Notes under the pieces: generated by a model
Seen by the model: the letters and a program-made list of their open reading frames with translations, nothing else
Told to the model about the DNA's origin: nothing
Databases searched by the model: none
In this document: piece after piece, positions 48,301 to 52,253 of the stretch
Layout of the letters: the number at the start of each line of letters is the position of its first letter
Position numbering within the stretch: position 1 is the first letter of the stretch
Source of the DNA: Utricularia gibba
Taxonomy: Eukaryota > Plantae > Magnoliophyta
Direction of reading: 5' to 3'
Length of the DNA: 52,253 bases
Assembly: GCA_002189035.1 (NCBI GenBank)
Contig: NEEC01000206.1
Span: 1-52,253 of the forward strand
Translations under genes and position numbers: made by a program

Positions 48301-51300
48301 TACATCGTCGGACGACGAAGCTTCAAAAACGGAAGATGACCGCTCTGGAATGAGCTTCGAAACGGTGTGTCGTGTGCAACAAGGCTCATCACGGTTTTCA
48401 AGATATTTACAAAATACGGAATGGTGCACGAGGCCTGCATCAGGTGTGGGTTGGAACACAACCGTGGCATTGTAAGGGATCGCCTCTAAACAAAAATTTC
48501 ATACCTTCCAATGAAATCCATATGTCTTGAATGCGAGAAATCCCATTCGCGTCGAATCGGAAGTCCGAGGTCGCATCATCGCGAACGTCGTGGCCACTTT
48601 GTGGCACAATTGAAGGCTAATATAAGGCAATAATTCGAGCTCTGATATATTGTCGAACGACAAAGCTTGCAAAACGGAAGATGACCGCCTCGGAATGAGC
48701 TTCGAAACGGTGTGTCGTGCGAAACGTGGCTCATCACGGTTTTCAAGATATCGATAAAATACGGAATGGTGCACGAGGCCTGCATCAGGTGTGGGTTGGA
48801 ACACACCGTGGCATTGTAAGGGATCGCCTCTAAAAACAAAATTTCACACCTTCCAATGAAATGCATATGTTTTGCAAGCGAGAAATCACATTTGCGTCGA
48901 ATCGGAAGCCCGAGTCGCATCATCGCGACGTCGTGGCCACTTTGTGGCACAATTGAAGGCTAATATAAGGCAATAATTCGAGCTCTGATACATCGTCGGA
49001 CGACGAAGCTTCAAAACGGAAGATGACCGCCTGGAATGAGCTTCGAAACGGTGTGTCGTGCGCAACGTGGCTCATCACGGTTTCAAGATATCGACAAAAT
49101 ACGGAATGGTGCACGAGGCCTGCATCAGGTGTGGGTTGGAACACAACCGTGGCATTGTAAGGGATCGCCTCAAAAACGAAAATTTCACACCTTCCAATGA
49201 AATCCATATGTCTTGAAAGCGAGAAATCCATTCGCGTCGAATCGGAAGTCCGAGGTCGCATCATCGCGAACGTCGTGGCCACTTTGTGGCACAATTGAAG
49301 GGTAATATAAGGCAATAATTCGAGCTCTGATACATATCCGACCTTCCAAAACGGAAGATGACTGCCTCAAATGAGCTTCGAAACGGTGTGTCGTGCGGAA
49401 CGTGGCTCATCACGGTTTTCAAGATATCGACAAAATACGGAATGGTGCACGAGGCCTGCATCAGGTGTGGGTTGGAACACAACCGTGGCATTGTAAGGGA
49501 TCGCCTCTAAAACGAAAATTTCACACCTTCCAATGAAATCATATGTTTTTGAAAGCGAGAAATCCCATTCGCGTCGAATCGGAAGTCCCGAGTCGCATCA
49601 TCGCGAACGTCGTGGCCACTTTGTGGCACAATTGAAGGCTAATATAAGGCAATAATTCGAGCTCTGATACATCGTCGGACGACGAAGCTTCAAAACGGAA
49701 GATGACCGCCTCGGAATGAGCTTCGAAACGGTGTGTCGTGCGAAACGTGGCTCATCACGGTTTTCAAGATATCGACAAAATACGGAATGGTGCACGAGGC
49801 CTGCATCAGGTGTGGGTTGGAACACACCGTGGCATTGTAAGGGATCGCCTCAAAACGAAAATTTCACACCTTCCAATGAAATGCATATGTTTTGAAGCGA
49901 GAAATCCATTCGCGTCGAATCGGAAGTCCGAGTCGCATCATCGCGAACGTCGTGGCCACTTTGGGCACAATTGAAGGCTAATATAAGGCAATAATTCGAG
50001 CTCTGATACATCGTCGAACGACAAAGCTTCAAACGGAAGATGACCGCCTCGAAATGAGCTTCGAAAACGGTGTGTCGTGCGCAACGCGGCTCATCACGGT
50101 TTTCAAGATATCGACAAAATACGGAATGGTGCACGGGCCTTCATCAGGTGTGGGTTGGAACACACCCGTGGCATTGTAAGGGATCGCCTCTAAACGAAAA
50201 TTTCACACCTTCCAATGAAATGCATATGTTTTGCAAGCGAGAAATCACATTTCGTCGAATTGGAAGCCCGAGTCGCATCATCGCGAACGTCGTGGCCACT
50301 TTGTGGCACAATTGAAGGCTAATATAAGGCAATAATTCGAGCTCTGATACATCGTCGGACGACGAAGCTTCAAAAACGGAAGATGACCGCCTGGAATGAG
50401 CTTCGAAACGGTGTGTCGTGTGCAACAAGGCTCATCACGGTTTTCAAGATATTTACAAAATACGGAATGGTGCACGAGGCCTGCATCAGGTGTGGGTTGG
50501 AACACAACGTGGCATTGTAAGGGTTCGCCTCTAAAACAAAAATTTCATACCTTCCAATGAAATCCATATGTCTTGAATGCGAGAAAACCCATTCGCGTCG
50601 AATCGGAAGTCCGAGGTCGCATCATCGCGAACGTCGTGGCCACTTTGTGGCACAATTGAAGGCTAATAAGGCAATAATTCGAGCTCTGATATATTGTCGA
50701 ACGACAAAGCTTCAAAACGGAAGATGACCGCCTCGGAATGAGCTTCGAAACGGTGTGTCGTGCGAAACGTGGCTCATCACGGTTTTCAAGATATCGATAA
50801 AATACGGAATGGTGCACGAGGCCTGCATCAGGTGTGGGTTGGAACACACCGTGCATTGTAAGGGATCGCCTCAAAAAAAAAATTTCACACCTTCCAATGA
50901 AATGCATATGTTTTGCAAGCGAGAAATCACATTTGCGTCGAATCGGAAGCCCGAGTCGCATCATCGCGAACGTCGTGGCCACTTTGGCACAATTGAAGGC
51001 TAATATAAGGCAATAATTCGAGCTCTGATACATCGTCGGACGACGAAGCTTCAAAACGGAAGATGACCGCTCTGGAATGAGCTTCGAAACGGTGTGTCGT
51101 GTGCAACAAGGCTCATCACGGTTTTCAAGATATTTACAAAATACGGAATGGTGCACGAGGCCTGCATCAGGTGTGGGTTGGAACACACCGTGGCATTGTA
51201 AGGGTTCGCCTCTTAAAAAAAATTTCATACCTTCCAATGAAATCCATATGTCTTGAATGCGAGAAAACCCATTCGCGTCGAATCGGAAGTCCGAGGTCGC

Positions 51301-52153
51301 ATCATCGCGAACGTCGTGGCCACTTTGTGGCACAATTGAAGGGTAATATAAGGCAATAATTCGAGCTCTGATACATCGTCGGACGACGAAGCTTCCAAAA
51401 CGGAAGATGACTGCTCAAAATGAGCTTCGAAACGGTGTGTCGTGCGCAACGTGGCTCATCACGGTTTTCAAGATATCGAGAAAATACGGAATGGTGCACG
51501 AGGCCTGCATCAGGTGTGGGTTGGAACACAACCGTGGCATTGTAAGGGATCGCCTCTAAAACAAAAATTTCACACCTTCCAATGAAATGCATATGTTTTG
51601 CAAGCGAGAAATCACATTTGCGTCGAATTGGAAGCCCCGAGTCGCATCATCGCGAACGTCGTGGCCACTTTGTGGCACAATTGAAGGCTAATATAAGGCA
51701 ATAATTCGAGCTCTGATACATCGTCGGACGACGAAGCTTCAAAAAACGGAAGATGACCGCTCTGGAATGAGCTTCGAAACGGTGTGTCGTGTGCAACGTG
51801 GCTCATCACGGTTTTCAAGATATCGACAAAATACGGAATGGTGCACGAGGCCTGCATCAGGTGTGGGTTGGAACACAACCGTGGCATTGTAAGGGATCGC
51901 CTCAAAACAAAAATTTCATTCCAATGAAATCATATGTCTTGAAAGCGAGAAAACCCATTCGCGTCGAATCGGAAGTCCGAGTCGCATCATCGCGAACGTC
52001 GTGGCCACTTTGTGGCACAATTGAAGGCTAATATAAGGCAATAATTCGAGCTCTGATATATTGTCGAACGACGAAGCTTCAAAACGGAAGATGACCGCCT
52101 GGAATGAGCTTCGAAACGGTGTGTCGTGCGCAACGTGGCTCATCACGGTTTTC

Positions 52154-52253
52154 AAGATATAGAAAATACGGAATGGTGCACGAGGCCTGCATCAGGTGTG
52201 GGTTGGAACACACACGTGGCATTGTAAGGGATCGCCTCTAAAACGAAAATTTT
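52154..52253 (+). repeat. Partial monomer truncated by the window edge
   Basis: AAGATATAGAAAATACGGAATGG... runs to the end of the window, so the array presumably continues. Confidence 0.9.

Larger units (their letters stand above)
1..52253 (+). repeat. Tandem satellite DNA array, ~341-bp monomer, ~153 complete copies, single orientation (family/species unidentified)
   Basis: The anchor AAGATAT(CG/TT) recurs at 1, 341, 680, 1024, 1367 ... 52154. Near-invariant blocks (TACGGAATGGTGCACGAGGCC; GTCGCATCATCGCGAACGTCGTGGCCACTTTGTGGCACAATTGAAGG; ATGAGCTTCGAAACGGTGTGTCGTG) appear once per unit throughout. No intervening unique sequence or inverted unit was seen. 52153/153 = 340.9 bp mean. Strand is nominal. 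Confidence 0.99.

Noticed and set aside
85-52155. Hundreds of ORFs of 60-276 aa on both strands
   Set aside because: All are translations of the same monomer (recurring peptides such as FQPTPDAGLVHHSVF and ELELLPYI(T/S)LQLCHKVATTFAMMR). Frames are scrambled by indels, no consistent frame is kept between copies and I recognise no domain. The longest (19961-20791, 50545-51333) are chance read-throughs.
1-52253. CRISPR array or other repeat-spacer system
   Set aside because: There are no unique spacers; the whole unit is repeated and no cas-like genes are present.
1-52253. Telomeric repeats, LTR/TIR ends, target-site duplications or inverted monomers
   Set aside because: None seen; each interval between anchors is a co-oriented monomer of roughly 330-347 bp.

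Overview
The whole 52,253-bp window is one uninterrupted head-to-tail tandem satellite array. By my hand count there are about 153 complete monomers plus a ~100-bp partial one at the right edge, all in the same orientation. The mean monomer is ~341 bp. Monomer 1 is 48% GC and CpG-rich (28 CpG, obs/exp ~1.4). I found no protein-coding gene, RNA gene, transposon insertion, CRISPR array or unique sequence; every ORF in the supplied track is a re-translation of the same monomer in shifting frames. I cannot assign the satellite to a named family or species. The informative signal is in the linked variant sites, which sort monomers into recurring types (my labels B, C, D, E, F). These types show: (i) a degenerate B-F-C-D-E five-monomer cycle, clearest in the left third; (ii) local dimer runs; (iii) a 28-monomer block (26.6-36.1 kb) where the right half of the monomer is homogenised while the left half alternates as a ~683-bp dimer; and (iv) three copies of a ~1,704-bp pentamer higher-order repeat at 40.2-45.3 kb. 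Scattered singleton deletions and homopolymer wobble suggest residual long-read error, so fine structure needs confirmation on raw accurate reads. All typing and counts were done by eye.
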